Assembly (NCBI GenBank): GCA_051362555.1
Contig: CM120642.1
Location: 16,554,001 to 16,618,000 of the forward strand
Length of the DNA: 64,000 nucleotides
Reading direction: 5' to 3'
Origin: Lingula anatina
Taxonomy: Eukaryota > Animalia > Brachiopoda
A model generated the notes under the pieces. The model worked only from the letters and a program-made list of their open reading frames with translations, ran no database searches and had not been told where the DNA came from. The position numbers and the translations under genes were made by a program. This document shows positions 1-12,739 of the stretch, in pieces (the stretch's first letter is position 1; the number at the start of each line of letters is the position of its first letter).

Positions 1-1278
1 TGATGTGTGTATGTGCATGCAAGTGTGTACAAGTAAACATGCACGTGCCTTTACATGTGCATGTAGGTATGTGTGTGGCACTGGGATGTGTGTGTGTGTG
101 TGTTTATGTGCATAGAAGAGCACAGAAACTAAATGGAAAGAAATATACAGTGTGACACGAGAGGTGTGATGTGATGTGAGAGCAGTCTCTTTAGGTTCTT
201 TTTTAAACTTTTTAGCTTCTCTGAAAACAGCCTTCCAGCTGATACTTCCCTTGTGTACCACAAGGCAACCCACAGGAGGTAAACATGCAGGAAGTTCCCT
301 CTCTTCAGTTACTGTAGTATTATCCTATACTGCCAGCACTATAAAATTTAATGTAGTATTGATAGTCTTAGTTTAAGGATCAATACAACTGCCAAGTTAG
401 CAGATGGATGCTTCCCCAAAGGTCAAATATATCAATAAAATTTACCCACACATTCTCTTGTGGTTGGTGTAAATGTTTTTTGCTGTATGTTTATAATTTC
501 ATTTTTTCAAAACAGAGTTTTTTACATACATGTATGTCAGACAGTCTATATGTTTGTTTGCTTTCAAATTTGTCTTTTAGCACTTGATAGGTGGCAAATT
601 TCATCATATCACTTCCTTTTTTCTCTCAAGAGGTATCTGAACAAGAATGTGACCAAACTTTCTGGGGCTCAATTGGGGCATTTTCACAGGAGAAGCAGCC
701 ATAAGATGCTGAAACGGATAATTTTCTCTAGTTCTGAAACCGTAAAAGCTAGAGACATCTTATTTTTGCATTAAGTAGAGCATGTCAAGCACAACATTCA
801 CTTTCATTGTCAGTGGTCGTTTTCGAAAGTGTTCACACATCACTGCAATTTTCCTTTTTTTTTTTTTGTATTTTCTCTTTTTTAAAAGCATGTATCATGT
901 GCATTTCATTTTCATCTTGCATGGTCATTTCTTTATCAGGTTACTTTAATTTGCAATAAATAAACCCTTTTTTTCCAAATTGTTAACTTCCTTATCTTTT
1001 CTATTCTTTCAGCTTACAAATATGCAATGGAAGCTGCATACTTCACAGCTGATGAATGTACTATAGTAGAGGCTTGATTTCCATGATAAGGAAGTTCATT
1101 CATCTTCTGGTAGAGAAAAAATAATTGAGGCATGCACTTTATAAGAAGAAAATTACCCAGGGTTGCATTAGAGGCTTCTGACAATCAAATTGCCATGATG
1201 ATGATACTTAGTTGCAATGCAGCAAATAATCAGTTTATTTATTTTCATATATTGTCAAGCTTGGCAATGTGCATATTA

Positions 1279-1279
<1 letters not shown>

Positions 1280-1363
<84 letters not shown>

Positions 1364-1371
1364 TTTTTTTT
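1280..1371. repeat. (TA)n microsatellite followed by poly-T
   Basis: Directly visible. Similar (TA)n tracts lie at ~10602-10665 and ~20393-20441. Confidence 0.95.
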
Positions 1372-1532
1372 GATGTGACAAGAAGTTGCTAGGTGCCATG
1401 GCTGGCTTGGACTTTGCAAGGATTATCTACTGGTCACTGATTGAACACCAAATGGATCACCTGAGCTTTGACATGGATCTGTGCTGAATAATTACTGATT
1501 ACTTATTACCTGTAGTTAAAATAAAAACCTAC

Positions 1533-4500
1533 CTGAGCATAGTCCTTTTCTATGACTGATCTCTGCTTGGAAAAATTCCTGGAAACATAAATAATGAATT
1601 AATAAACAGAATTGGCTCTTCAATCAATTTCAGAGAAAAACCTTATAAAATATCAATTATAAGGATTGTATGTACATACAGTGTATGAGATATGTATGAC
1701 AAAGTTTATAATAAACAAAGACTACCTAAACCTCAACAATTTTAGCTTTTTTCCCCAGGATGAAAAAAAACTTTGGGCTGGCGATTCAAGCCCCATAAAA
1801 ACACATAAATCCCAATATATTGCTATATAATTTCTATGTGAGGCTCAAAACCTTTTGATAGTCCCCCCCTGCATGTTAGCCATCATACTCAGGTCTACCC
1901 AACTACCAGATGTGGCACCAGACGATCCAGAATTCACTGTAGATCAGATCATGCTACCAGTCTGAGTCTCAAAATGTGGGGATTTAAGGGCTTAATTTTC
2001 ATTTTTTTATTCTTATACAGTACATTTTTCCTAAGGACATTTAATACATTTTTGGTAAAATCTAAGAGAGATGCAGAACTGAGTTACAGTAAACATCACT
2101 ATTTTAAATACATGTATTTAACAAAATACTACCACATGATGAGACAAAGAAAACTGGAATTTTCATATTTCAGCTGTGTTCTTTTACTTTGTCAAAATAA
2201 AATCACAGAATAACCTAAGTGCATGCAACTACTACGTATACTTTTATCCAAAACTTCCAGAGCCTGAAATCATCTATCTAAAGTTTCTGAAAAATAGAGC
2301 ACAAGAATTCTTCAATCAATAAGAGAAATAGCATGAGTATACCAAGATTCATTGATTGAGAAAAGATTCATTGCGAAACTTCCTTGAAAGAGTGCCATTA
2401 ATAATCCCAGAAGGGGACCATGATGAAACATACAGTTTTGAATGACCATGTATATTCAGATGACTTGGGTATTGACTTTGTATGTAGACTTAATCTTGGG
2501 TCTAAGGATATTTCCGGTGCAGTTATGTGCACTAAACTAGCAAGGGCTATACTAATCTTTTTGAGGGGCCATTTATAGAATTCAAATTCCCATCAGAAAT
2601 GTCAACGCTTTTTTATCGGCCTTGTTATAAACAAATTTGTCATTCTGCACAAAAACATACATCTAATTTACACACCACTGGTACTATAACGATTTCTCTG
2701 TGAGTTTAAACAAAAACTTATACATGTGACTCTCCAAAACAATGTTTTGTCACTACTTCCAGGGGCGGATTTAGGCGGTCTTCTGGGTCTTCCGGAAGAC
2801 GGTCAGATTTTCAAGTTTACATTGATGGGTATTTCATTTTTTCTGTCGGAAGACGGTCAAAAATGGTGGATGGATCAACAAAGATAATTTGGAAGACTGT
2901 CAGAAAATATCTCTGGATCCGCCCCTGACTTCCTTAAAATTATTATAAGGAAATTCTGCGTAATGAGCTTATTTCAGAAAAAAGTTTTTCCTGACAACCA
3001 CAACAATAACTTTACTTGAAATACAAATAAAACTCCAAGTTCAGAAAACACAAGGCATCTGACATCCTTATGGAACATACTAGTCCTATATCTTTTAAAT
3101 AATCTCCATGTCACAACAACTGCAACTTTGCTTTTAATTCATCTGAGAACAGATGGGAGATTTTGCATACCATTATACCACCACCTGCTACCTTCCCTGC
3201 CAAGTAACAGTGCTTAATGATTATATATAAAAACTTCAGATATGTACAGATATGTCCGACATTATCTTAACCTGAGACAAAAACAGGTGCAAACGACGTG
3301 ACAGTTGTAATTTAAATAACATCATACAAAATCTGTGCAGGTATCAATTTTTTTATGAAAGCACTATTTTTCCTCTTTGGAATATCGTCAAATAATAGTC
3401 TGGTAAAATCAATCCATATTTATATAATAGGGAATGATGTACTGTGTGCAATATCCAAATGAGCAGAATATATAAGTAGTTTTTAGTTGCTTAAAAGAGG
3501 AACACCCAACTGTCCATTAAAACAACATTAGCTTGAATTTGTGCACAGATTGCTCCTCATTTGCCACTTTGATTATTCTGAGAGTTATTATCCTTACACA
3601 AACACAATAAAATCAATTAGAGAACAGGAATACCTCATTAGTAAAGTGGACGCCAAGAAGGCAGATTGTTGTGCGACAGTTGATGGTTGGCAACAAGTCT
3701 TGAGAACAGTAATATCATAATGTTGAAATTAGTGTAGATCTATATATAGGTCTAGGTTTTTCCTTTTAATTTATATAATTATTCAACATTTAAATAATTA
3801 TTATAATTTTTATTTTTAGCAGCAATAAACAACTTATATAATATTGCACATTCCTAATACACATACTACTAATCCTTATATATTTTCAGTAATCCTTCTC
3901 ATGTACTCCTATAAATTAGCATTTCCTAAAACAGTGTTGTAGCAAATATAAATAAAAAAGTATTTTTAATAAAATTTCAAGAGTGCAAGTATGCAGACTA
4001 AACTTCATGTTCTGATCCTCCAGTAATTCTTTAAATAATGCCACTATTAATGTAAAAGAGGGAGGCAAAACATGCTTGATTCCTCTTCAACCCTTGCCAC
4101 CACAGAAGCAGAGCCCTTATCTAACCCTTAACGTGTTTGCTCACTTTGATAATAAATCAGATAAGAAGGAGGCATAGTCTTATTAACTAATTCATTGCAC
4201 TGTGGTCTTGAAAGCTTGCCAGATTCTAGGCATTATTTTGATTGAAAAATATGGTAGCAATCTGATTACTTTCCATACTGATGAATCCCAATTTGAAGTA
4301 AAATCTAAATTATGTTATCCCAGAATAGAAACAAAAACCTAAACAGGATGGAAATCTCCCATTTCCATTAATTGTTTTGATTATTTCATATAAAAGTCAG
4401 TAATTCTCTGGACTTTCTCTATCACTTGCAAGGGAGGAAATCTACCCAAAATTATATCCCCCTCTCCTCACAAACCCCATTCCAAGATTAAGCTTTCTTG

Positions 4501-5258
4501 ATGCCGATCATAATATTTATTATTTTTAGTTTTTTGTGTCGTCAAGGAAATAAATTCTGGTTTGTCACAGAATTCCCTGCATAACTGATTATCAAATTAA
4601 AGGATATGTTATGTCTGCGAATAAAAAATGTCATTAAAAAACATTATGATATCTTAAAATGCCAAGAGAAATTGTCATTAATATACTGAGTATACAGTAC
4701 TCTTACTAGGTGTATGACTGACACATTGAAATGTACCCATCAAGATTTTGTGTCACCTGCTATGCGATGAAAATTGGCATCTTTCAAATTCCACTCATGC
4801 CTATTCCAGTACGTGCAGTCATATCATACGATTACAAAAAATATCAAAATCTCCGGAGAGGGATTTCAGCGTAAGAGCCAATTACAGACACCGCCCCCTG
4901 CCCTACTGCCACTTACTGTAGTTAGAAGTGTGGATCTCGTGTGAATCAGAATAGTCTCTCAATGTAATCTTATGGTATATGCCATCTGCACACGTGGTTC
5001 TTTCCTTCTCCTATGAATTCATAATTAACAGCCTTCTTACCTTAAATCTTCCAGCAGGTCAACTTCGGCCTGGTGCTTGGCTTGAAGTTTTGTCACTTGT
5101 TCATTCTGTACGTTCTTGAGTTGGACAGTGGATTTCACCTACAACAGCAGACGATCGGATCAGCGAAACACCTCGAAAACTTCTAGTGGACTTATCTGTA
5201 AGATTTTTAATGCATAGAGTGCATAAAATTCACTTACCTTTCTTGGTGGCGGTTGCAT
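1533..5258 (-). CDS. FCHSD2: F-BAR and double SH3 domains protein (FCHSD1/2, nervous wreck orthologue), first three coding exons; gene continues towards or beyond the left edge
   Basis: Exons 5258-5238 (MQPPPRK), 5138-5041 ([33 protein letters not shown]) and 1578-1533 (NFSKQRSVIEKDYAQ), all with GT-AG boundaries and consistent phase. The joined peptide closely matches the FCHSD2 N-terminus as I recall it ([55 protein letters not shown]). Not present in the ORF track. Exon 4 was not found in 1-1532. Confidence 0.93.
2760..2927. mobile_element. Non-autonomous TIR element (CAGGGGCGGA-type, hAT-like MITE)
   Basis: Starts CAGGGGCGGATTTAG, ends CTGGATCCGCCCCTG, flanked by direct repeat ACTTC. Internal repeats GGAAGACGGTCA. 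Confidence 0.75.
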
Positions 5259-6280
5259 TTTGTGAAAATATCCGTGTCAGGTCGGTATTGCTCAACTCAA
5301 GGCCGCCATGGCAGTGTATTAGTTGTGGTCGGGTATTTCCGCTGACGTCACACCCTCTGGAGCGACCTCGGAAATTCCGGTGCTGCATTTGCATAAATGC
5401 GTTGTAAATGATATCCCGAGGTTTTTATCGGGCAAATTTCAGTTGTTATAATAATACTACAGGTGTGTTTAGAGCTATTACGTCATTGGCTTATGAATAT
5501 ATGTCTTTGTGTAGCTTGTAAGCTTTTTGCGAAGGGTGCTATATGGTGAATGGAATGGCAAAGGTCAAACAAGACAAGACCGGTTTTTATCTCAACTTGT
5601 AAAAAATTGTTAACGCTAAACGAACAAACAAACAAATAAACAAACAAACAAATGTTAGCTTAAATTGTGTCCAAGGGTATATTTTTCTCTTATAGCAAAC
5701 ACAGTCATCGTTCTATTTTATTTCATTCTATTTTTTCTTTTATTATAATATATATTGTTTATTATATAATGATATAATTTTTATATATTTTTATATTTTT
5801 TATTCTATATAATGAAATTATATCATCAGTGGCGGATTAAGAAGGGGGTCAGTGGGGTTCTTGACGTCAAAGAGTAAGTAAAATCAACACTGTGGAACTG
5901 CATCACCAACTAACTGGGTGACTTCTGAAAACATTATTTACTAAGATGCTGAGATATGTTTCTGACGATCGATCAGTGCCTTCTTAATACATGTACTGTA
6001 TATCAAACGTCTTCTAAATGACTTCACTTGTTAGTATTTGATTGACTGTATCTGTTTTTATTATTAATATTTGTTTTTATGAAAACACTTTTTAGAAATA
6101 AACATGGGATATGTAAGAGACAAACCATTATAGGTCGGTAACTGCAGGTGTAAAAAAAAGCCACGGCCCATAATTTAATGTTGTCACACTTTCAGTCAAC
6201 GTGTTTTTTTCTTTCAAACTTCCCCGTAAGAAATTAAAAAACAGCTGTAGTATGCACTCTATCCTGCTAGTTGACACTAT

Positions 6281-6532
6281 GGCTTCGTTCACATGCAATG
6301 TCTATTTTCTATTTTCTATTTTCGGTATGTCTTATGATCACGGTCTGTGCACTGAATATCCCGCGGCGTAATTACTGGCAGCGCGAGCCAGTTACTATAA
6401 GTTACTATAAGTAACTGGCTCGCGCTGCCAGTAATTACGCGGCGGGATATTCAGTGCACAGACCGTGATCATAAGACATACCGAAAATAGAAAATAGAAA
6501 ATAGAAAATAGACATTGCATGTGAACGAAGCC
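6281..6532. mobile_element. Near-perfect palindromic MITE, PIF/Harbinger-like, nested in the composite element
   Basis: GGCTTCGTTCACATGCAATG...CATTGCATGTGAACGAAGCC with ~115-bp arms and 3-bp direct repeat TAT on both sides. Absent from the equivalent site in the second tandem unit (~7360). Confidence 0.85.
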
Positions 6533-6775
6533 TATGACTAATCCTAGCACAACATAGGAAATGTCAGAAAAAAATTAAAAGTGTCTTGCTTTCTTATTTA
6601 TTTAGTTCTTAAATACCTATCGGATTTTCTAACTTATTTTTCAATGCCTATTTGGATTTCTAAGTTATATTCCTACTTCTAGCTCATAATCACACTCCTA
6701 GGTTATTCCTAGGCTAACCTACACCTTTGCCTGGTCTAACCTACACCTAGCCTACTCCAGGCGTCTTCGTGCCTT

Positions 6776-6831
6776 CGTCGGTATCGAAGAGTGCTTCGGA
6801 ACCACGTGCGCTACCAATTGCGCCACCGACG
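6776..6831 (-). other. tRNA-like module B (repeat-borne, T-arm collapsed)
   Basis: Minus strand CGTCGGTGGCGCAATTGGTAGCGCACGTGGTTCCGAAGCACTCTTCGATACCGACG: 7-bp terminal stem, A-box/D-arm GGCGCAATTGGTAGCGC, TTCGA motif. Copies at 7628-7683 (-) and 25029-25087 (+). Confidence 0.6.
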
Positions 6832-6926
6832 ACGACACAGTGATCAATGCATTACCTGGTGTATTTACCTGTACTCTTTGTCTTGAAGTTCAAATATTTT
6901 AAACGTTTTTGAAAAAGAAAATGCAG

Positions 6927-6999
6927 CTGTTATGCTGGTATCGAACCCGCTACCATCAAACACTTACTTCCACGACTTTAACCGCTGTGCCGTCAACGG
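6927..6999 (-). other. tRNA-like module A (repeat-borne pseudo-tRNA / SINE-like head)
   Basis: Minus strand GACGGCACAGCGGTTAAAGTCG...GCGGGTTCGATACCAGC, with A-box and B-box at tRNA spacing followed by T-rich tracts. Copies at 7782-7851 (-) and 24857-24928 (+). Anticodon arms differ and pair poorly, so not called a functional tRNA. Confidence 0.65.
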
Positions 7000-8663
7000 T
7001 GTTATGTTGAGGTTGGTGTAGAATAGTACCTTAACCTGTACTCACTATCCCCCTCACAGAGCTTTCAAATTTTCCTAAACGTGGGTCGGCTTTTTAGATA
7101 GCAGAAGTGAAGAGTGGTTACATTAGACTTTTTATGAACTTTAGCAAAATCAACACTATGTGGAACTGCATCGCCAACTACCTGAAAGACTTTTTAAAAC
7201 ATCTACTGAGATGTTTTTGACGATCGATCAATGCTTTCTTAATATATCAAACGTCTTCTAAATGACTTCACTTGTTAATATTTTATTGACTGTGTCTGTT
7301 TTTATTATTAATATTTGCTTTAAAAAACGACTGTAGTATGCACTCTATCCTGCTAGTTGACACTTAAATTAAAGCACATCATAGGATATGTCAGAAAAAA
7401 AATTAAAAATAACTTTCTTTCACAACACAACTTATTCATTTGATTCTTAAATACCTATTGGATTTTCTAACTTATTTTTCAATGCCTATTTGGATTTTTA
7501 AATTATATTCCTTATCCTAGCTCATAATGACTCCTAGGCTACTCCTAGGCTAACCTACACCTTTGCCTGGTCTAACTTACACCTAGCCTGGCCTACACCT
7601 AACCTACTCCAGGCGACTTCGTGTCTCCGTCGGTATCGAAGAATGCTTCGGAACCACGTGCGCTACCAATTGCGCCACCGACGACGACACACTAATGACA
7701 GTATTACCTGGTGTATTTACCTGTACTCTTTGTCTTGAAGTTAAAATATTTTTAAAACACAATAATAAAAGTAAACCACACATCAAGTGTGGGATTTGAA
7801 CCCGACACTTTAAGCTTGAAGACCCTACGTCCTTACCACTGTGCCATCACCGATTTTACGTTTAGTGGACTATAGAATGGTATCTTGGCCTGTTTTCAAT
7901 CTCCCCGTGTAGACATGTCCAATTTTCTTAAATATGGGTCGAATTTTTAGATCGCAGAAATGAAGAGTGGTTATATTGGACTTTTTATGAACGTTAGTAA
8001 AATCAACACTATGTGGAACTGCATCGCCAACTACCTGAGTGACTTCTTAAAACATCATTTTTTTTCAGAAACCCCCTTAAAATCGCCACTGGCTAGATTT
8101 ATCTATTAACATTTTAATGTTAAAATTTTAAAAGATATTTTTGATTCATGAGGGATCCATTCCTGGACAGCCTTTTCATCTCGACAGGATTTGTTGTTTT
8201 TGTTTTATATTCTATATACATTTAACTTTAAGAGCGCTATTTACCGTAATTGATGGCTTCGTTCATTTCAGTAATATTTTATTTGTCGCATGTAGACACT
8301 TTTGTAACAGATATCTTAAACTGTTGACGCTTGTTATATCATTGAGATGATGATTGCGCAATATCCACATTAATCTCATCTAGCACAATCTGTTCAATGT
8401 TAGCAGGATATTACATGTACAACCAAGCTCCATCACGTAGTTTCTCTCTCCCTCTTTTCTCATTTGTGCCCGTATTCTATAACATCTCCTCTCAATAACT
8501 GTGTTACGCCCATCTCTTTTGTAAATTCTAAGGAAGAAATTCAATTTTGGCATTTTTAAGTTGTGTGGAGCATGACACAGGCATGTAATTTATGTATATT
8601 TACTATATATTTTTTGATTGTTTCATTGATACACATGTAACTATTTCGTTTTTCATGTTTCTA

Positions 8664-8689
8664 GATTATTATTATTATTATTATTATTA

Positions 8690-8734
<45 letters not shown>
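8664..8734. repeat. (ATT)n microsatellite
   Basis: Directly visible. A (GA)n tract also lies at ~8966-9001. Confidence 0.95.
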
Positions 8735-8737
<3 letters not shown>

Positions 8738-8962
8738 TTCAAATTCATATTATAGGTCCCCCACTCCTTGTAGGGCCTACTGGTGCATAAATTGGTAAAT
8801 ATGCTTCATGACTTAATAGCTCTCATATCATATCAGTACAACAATGTCGGGAAATTCACTCCTAGGTGGGACTCGGCGTGAAAGAAATATAATTTCGCGC
8901 TGCTTGCCTTTAAGTGTTTACATTTTTAATTTTGATTTCTTTAATTGTGATTTGTGTGTGAC

Positions 8963-9003
<41 letters not shown>

Positions 9004-10600
9004 CGCCATATATCAGACCTGAGCATAGAGAGCGTGCGTTTGAATAATCATTATATATTCATTTCTGGTATTAAATCTTTAACTAAATAAACCTTGGTAG
9101 AATTTTATTTACTTAATGAAGACTGCATACATTCTGTGTGTTGACTCGGTGTGACTGTAAGTGTCTGCATGAAAGCTGACATGCCATTAGTCCCCTCTAT
9201 ATAACTGCGACTTTAATACACACGTGGAATTAACACTGAAACATAACATACTGCAAAAAATTGTGTTTGTTCTGAATGCGGTTATTGAATTTTGCAATTA
9301 TTCGGTTTCGAAATGTGTGTATTTATCTAAAATTCCAGTACGGCTCCCCAGGTATCAGAGACTTAGCATACGAAAGGTGTAATACCTACTATGTAAGAAG
9401 GGTTGACAATTACAGTCCAACTTATTTTACGAGTATTTTACCAAACCCCTTTCATTTAAGATATAACTCTATTGCAAATTATAACCCCCCCCCAAAAAAC
9501 TTTTTTAAAAGTGCCTTTTGAGGGAAAGGAGGTGCATATCATAATAATTAGTTTTATTCGTGTCTTCCAATTAAGTAATGCAAATTAGGATGCATTTTAC
9601 AGTAGTTTATAGAGCCTATGAAAGAAACCACATATAATGAATCATAATGCGTCGTTTTATTAATAGGCCCTATTATATGAAATCACAACATTTCACTCCT
9701 GTTAACGTGATAATGACTCAAATATCATAGACCTATATATATCGATTATTATGCAATAAACAATAGGGAATTATCATTTTGATGACGAATAAAACAAAGG
9801 AAATCGATAGTAGAGTCTACTGGGTATGCAGAAAATACGAGCCTTTTAGCTGAGGCAACAACATAGAGCGATGCCAACTCCTTTTTCCTCTTCAGGCTCT
9901 TCCAACACAAGAGACGCGTCAAGGGAAAACCGTTCAATGTTATATTGAAGAATATTTACATAATCACACAGAAAATACCTGGAAAATAAATGGTGTTTCC
10001 AAAGTAAATCATTGATCGTTTTGTTAGGTTAAAGTCGCAATAAGGTGTGCATTTAACCATACAGCTCGCGTTACCGAGACGTAAAATCCATAACATGACG
10101 GCAACATAGAATGGATGGACTAATGGTACGTATGTGCCGATTCTTAAAATAATACGTATGGTTGCAATATCTTTTATGTGTTAATTAATAGTTAATGTCA
10201 GGTAAATCACGCTCACAGGCCTGACTACGTTCACAGAGACTTGTGCTTTTAGAGAACTCCTCACAGGAGTGCTTTTTACTGGCGAGAGAGGAATAAGCCA
10301 GGCAGATACATTGGCTGAATTAATATAATTATAATATAACCAATGTGATTTATATTTGACTGAACAGTTCTACATCGTGTCATTTACAAAACGACACAAA
10401 CCAATGTGGAAATCGGAAATAGATAGCTAGTCTCCAATAATGGATTCAAAATTACCACCGAAAGGTTGAAGTTCTACGTAATAGCGTACATGTACATACT
10501 GTTGGACATTGAAAAAATACATGAGAATCAATTAAATTATTGTATATGTAAGAATGATCTACATAATAAAAAACAAAAACTCAAAAAACAAAGACTCAAA

Positions 10601-10666
<66 letters not shown>

Positions 10667-12739
10667 CATATACGTGACCCAATGTAGAAAAATAAGAAAG
10701 AATTCGGAAATCTGTAATGAATCCTAGCATGTTTTTAATGGTGCAAGGCTATAGCATGCTGCTCATTTCCTTTTTCAGAATGAAAGAAAAAGTTTCATAC
10801 TGCTGGACAGTTCAGCACTTACAACCTCTCTTTTTACATTGCCTCTGATATCTTGCCCTACACGTAACTAGAGAAAAAAACGAAGTTGTGAGGAGTCGTT
10901 TTTGTATCCCCCCCCCCCCAAATCATGTTTTATCAGGCGCTTAGAAAGTTAAAGGTAATTTTTGATGGGGGGATCACTGAAAAGAAATTGTGGTAAAGGG
11001 ATTCCCCTCAATCCCCTTCTTCCTTCTCTTATGATTCACGTGGTTGATAAAAGGGGGGGGGGGCTAAAAAACTCCAACACACTCCAGCTCCTTTGCTTAT
11101 TTTAACGCGTATCAGTCCAACGTTTACTTGACTTTTTCTATCGCTGACTCTCTTTTAATGGCCTCCTAACTACATAAAAACACTGATATATCTACAAACA
11201 AACACGAGACACCACTGACGTGACTACTTGTCTATTAAGCTCACATTTACGACAAGGAATTTAATTAGGTGACGGAGTAATCTTTAAGGTAAAGAGATCG
11301 GGTGAGTTACACCTCAACTGATAAAGACAAGACAGTGTGACAACTGAGATATGTATTTAATATGTACGTAACTGAAGTAATACCGTGTCCACAGTCTAAT
11401 TAAAAAAGAATTTGATGAGGAATTAGATTATATCATCGGTGAATACGTGGGGCGAATTGTTGGTACTGAGGTAATAGGGTCCTACCGGTAAAATCCCAGA
11501 CTTAATGCCCATGATATGTGTAATTCCAAATCCGATAGGTGTTTAAAGAACAGTACTCAGGTATTATTGCTATCAGAAGTTGCAGGTGTACAGTGATTTT
11601 GACAATGTGTGAATTTTTCGAGCAAAAATCTCTTCGAGCAAAAAAAAGGCCTTACCCCAAAATGTGAAATCACATCCAAGCCTTGCAAAGTGCTTTCCAA
11701 AATTACTGTCACATCTTTCAAGCCTTATACGTATCTACAGAAGAGCACTAAATTAAATTGGATTAAATATAAATGAGAAACGAAAAAAACTTCATTATCA
11801 GCACTACCCTGGGGCACACAAATACTGTAGGCCTAATGTACAAGCACCGAATCCTAAGATTACGTGTTAAAGGTCAGGTCGACAAGATATGTTATTTTAT
11901 GTATTCATATTATTATCATCATCTCGAGCCTTAAAGTTATTTCGCGCTGTTATAGATACACGTATTATGATATGCAATACCCCCCACACACCACCCCCGG
12001 CGCTCGCGCGCGCCCGCGCCCGCGTCCGCGCCGGCCCCAGCCAACCTAGTACTGTCTACAATGCCTTGAAAAGTCCCTAACAGCACATCTAATCTCCGCC
12101 CCGCACTTAACTAGAGCAAATATAAGAAATGAAAAGTTGCTTGAAAAGCAGCTCAACATATGTAAAGCGAGGAACCACTCGTACTTGTTTCTCTCGAGGC
12201 TTTACGGATTAAATATTAAATTCGTAAGTGGCAGAAGAGGACATTTTGTACACTGAGTATCAAACAAACAAATCCGTATAGGTTACAAGGCGAAGCAAAT
12301 ATTGAAAACGTCCCTTTAAAGAGATGACACTGGATTGTATCCGAGACAATCTATAGGACGCGTTTTAAGACTGGTCTCATTTTAAAGTCACTAAGCTAAT
12401 CTGCTCAGATGTTTATATCATTTTAGCTGGTCGGGGTCGAGTTCGACAGTTATACTGAGATATAGGGCAATCCACTGAGCAGTGTGAGCAACCGAGAGAC
12501 ACTGCCGGAATGGAGAGATTATTTGTGAGCGTACTAAATCAATGACAATATTGATATTATATTATGCTCAAGGATACGCTTTTCACGGCAAGATTTCTAT
12601 TTGGAATAACGACAAACTTGAGCTACTAAAGTGGGCAAAATAAAGTGTTCAGTTGTGAAAGGAAGAAAAAGATTTAAGCAGAGTATCGTGACAGCAGTAG
12701 GAAACAGCATCCACAGAAGAGCAGCAGCTGTTGTAAGTG

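Larger units (their letters stand above)
5827..8091. mobile_element. Composite TIR element (CAGTGGCG termini) made of two tandem ~0.85-1.27 kb units, each with two tRNA-like modules
   Basis: Left end CAGTGGCGGATTAAGAAGGGGGT, right end ACCCCCTTAAAATCGCCACTG. Unit junction motif AAATCAACACT(A)TGTGGAACTGCATC recurs at ~5881, ~7147 and ~7999. A related copy lies in the opposite orientation at 24606-25335. Confidence 0.75.

Noticed and set aside
176-774. Candidate FCHSD exon 4 or an independent gene in the first 800 bp
   Set aside because: No minus-strand segment with suitable splice sites resembled the expected continuation of the F-BAR domain, and the plus-strand ORFs have no recognisable features.
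1132-1392. ORFs with YIYIYI, ERERER or LSLSHTHT runs (also 8844, 10466, 20198, 20349, 57657, 57661)
   Set aside because: Translations of microsatellites.
7782-7851. Possible selenocysteine or opal-suppressor tRNA (loop CTTCAAG, anticodon TCA)
   Set aside because: Anticodon and acceptor stems pair poorly, the long variable arm of tRNA-Sec is missing, and sister copies have different loop sequences. It is a repeat-borne pseudo-tRNA.
11979-12042. GC-rich tract read as ARARARVR / RPRPRPR ORFs or a CpG island
   Set aside because: Only ~60 bp of low-complexity (CA)/(CG) repeat with no splice context. Probably a degenerate microsatellite or a low-quality base-call patch.
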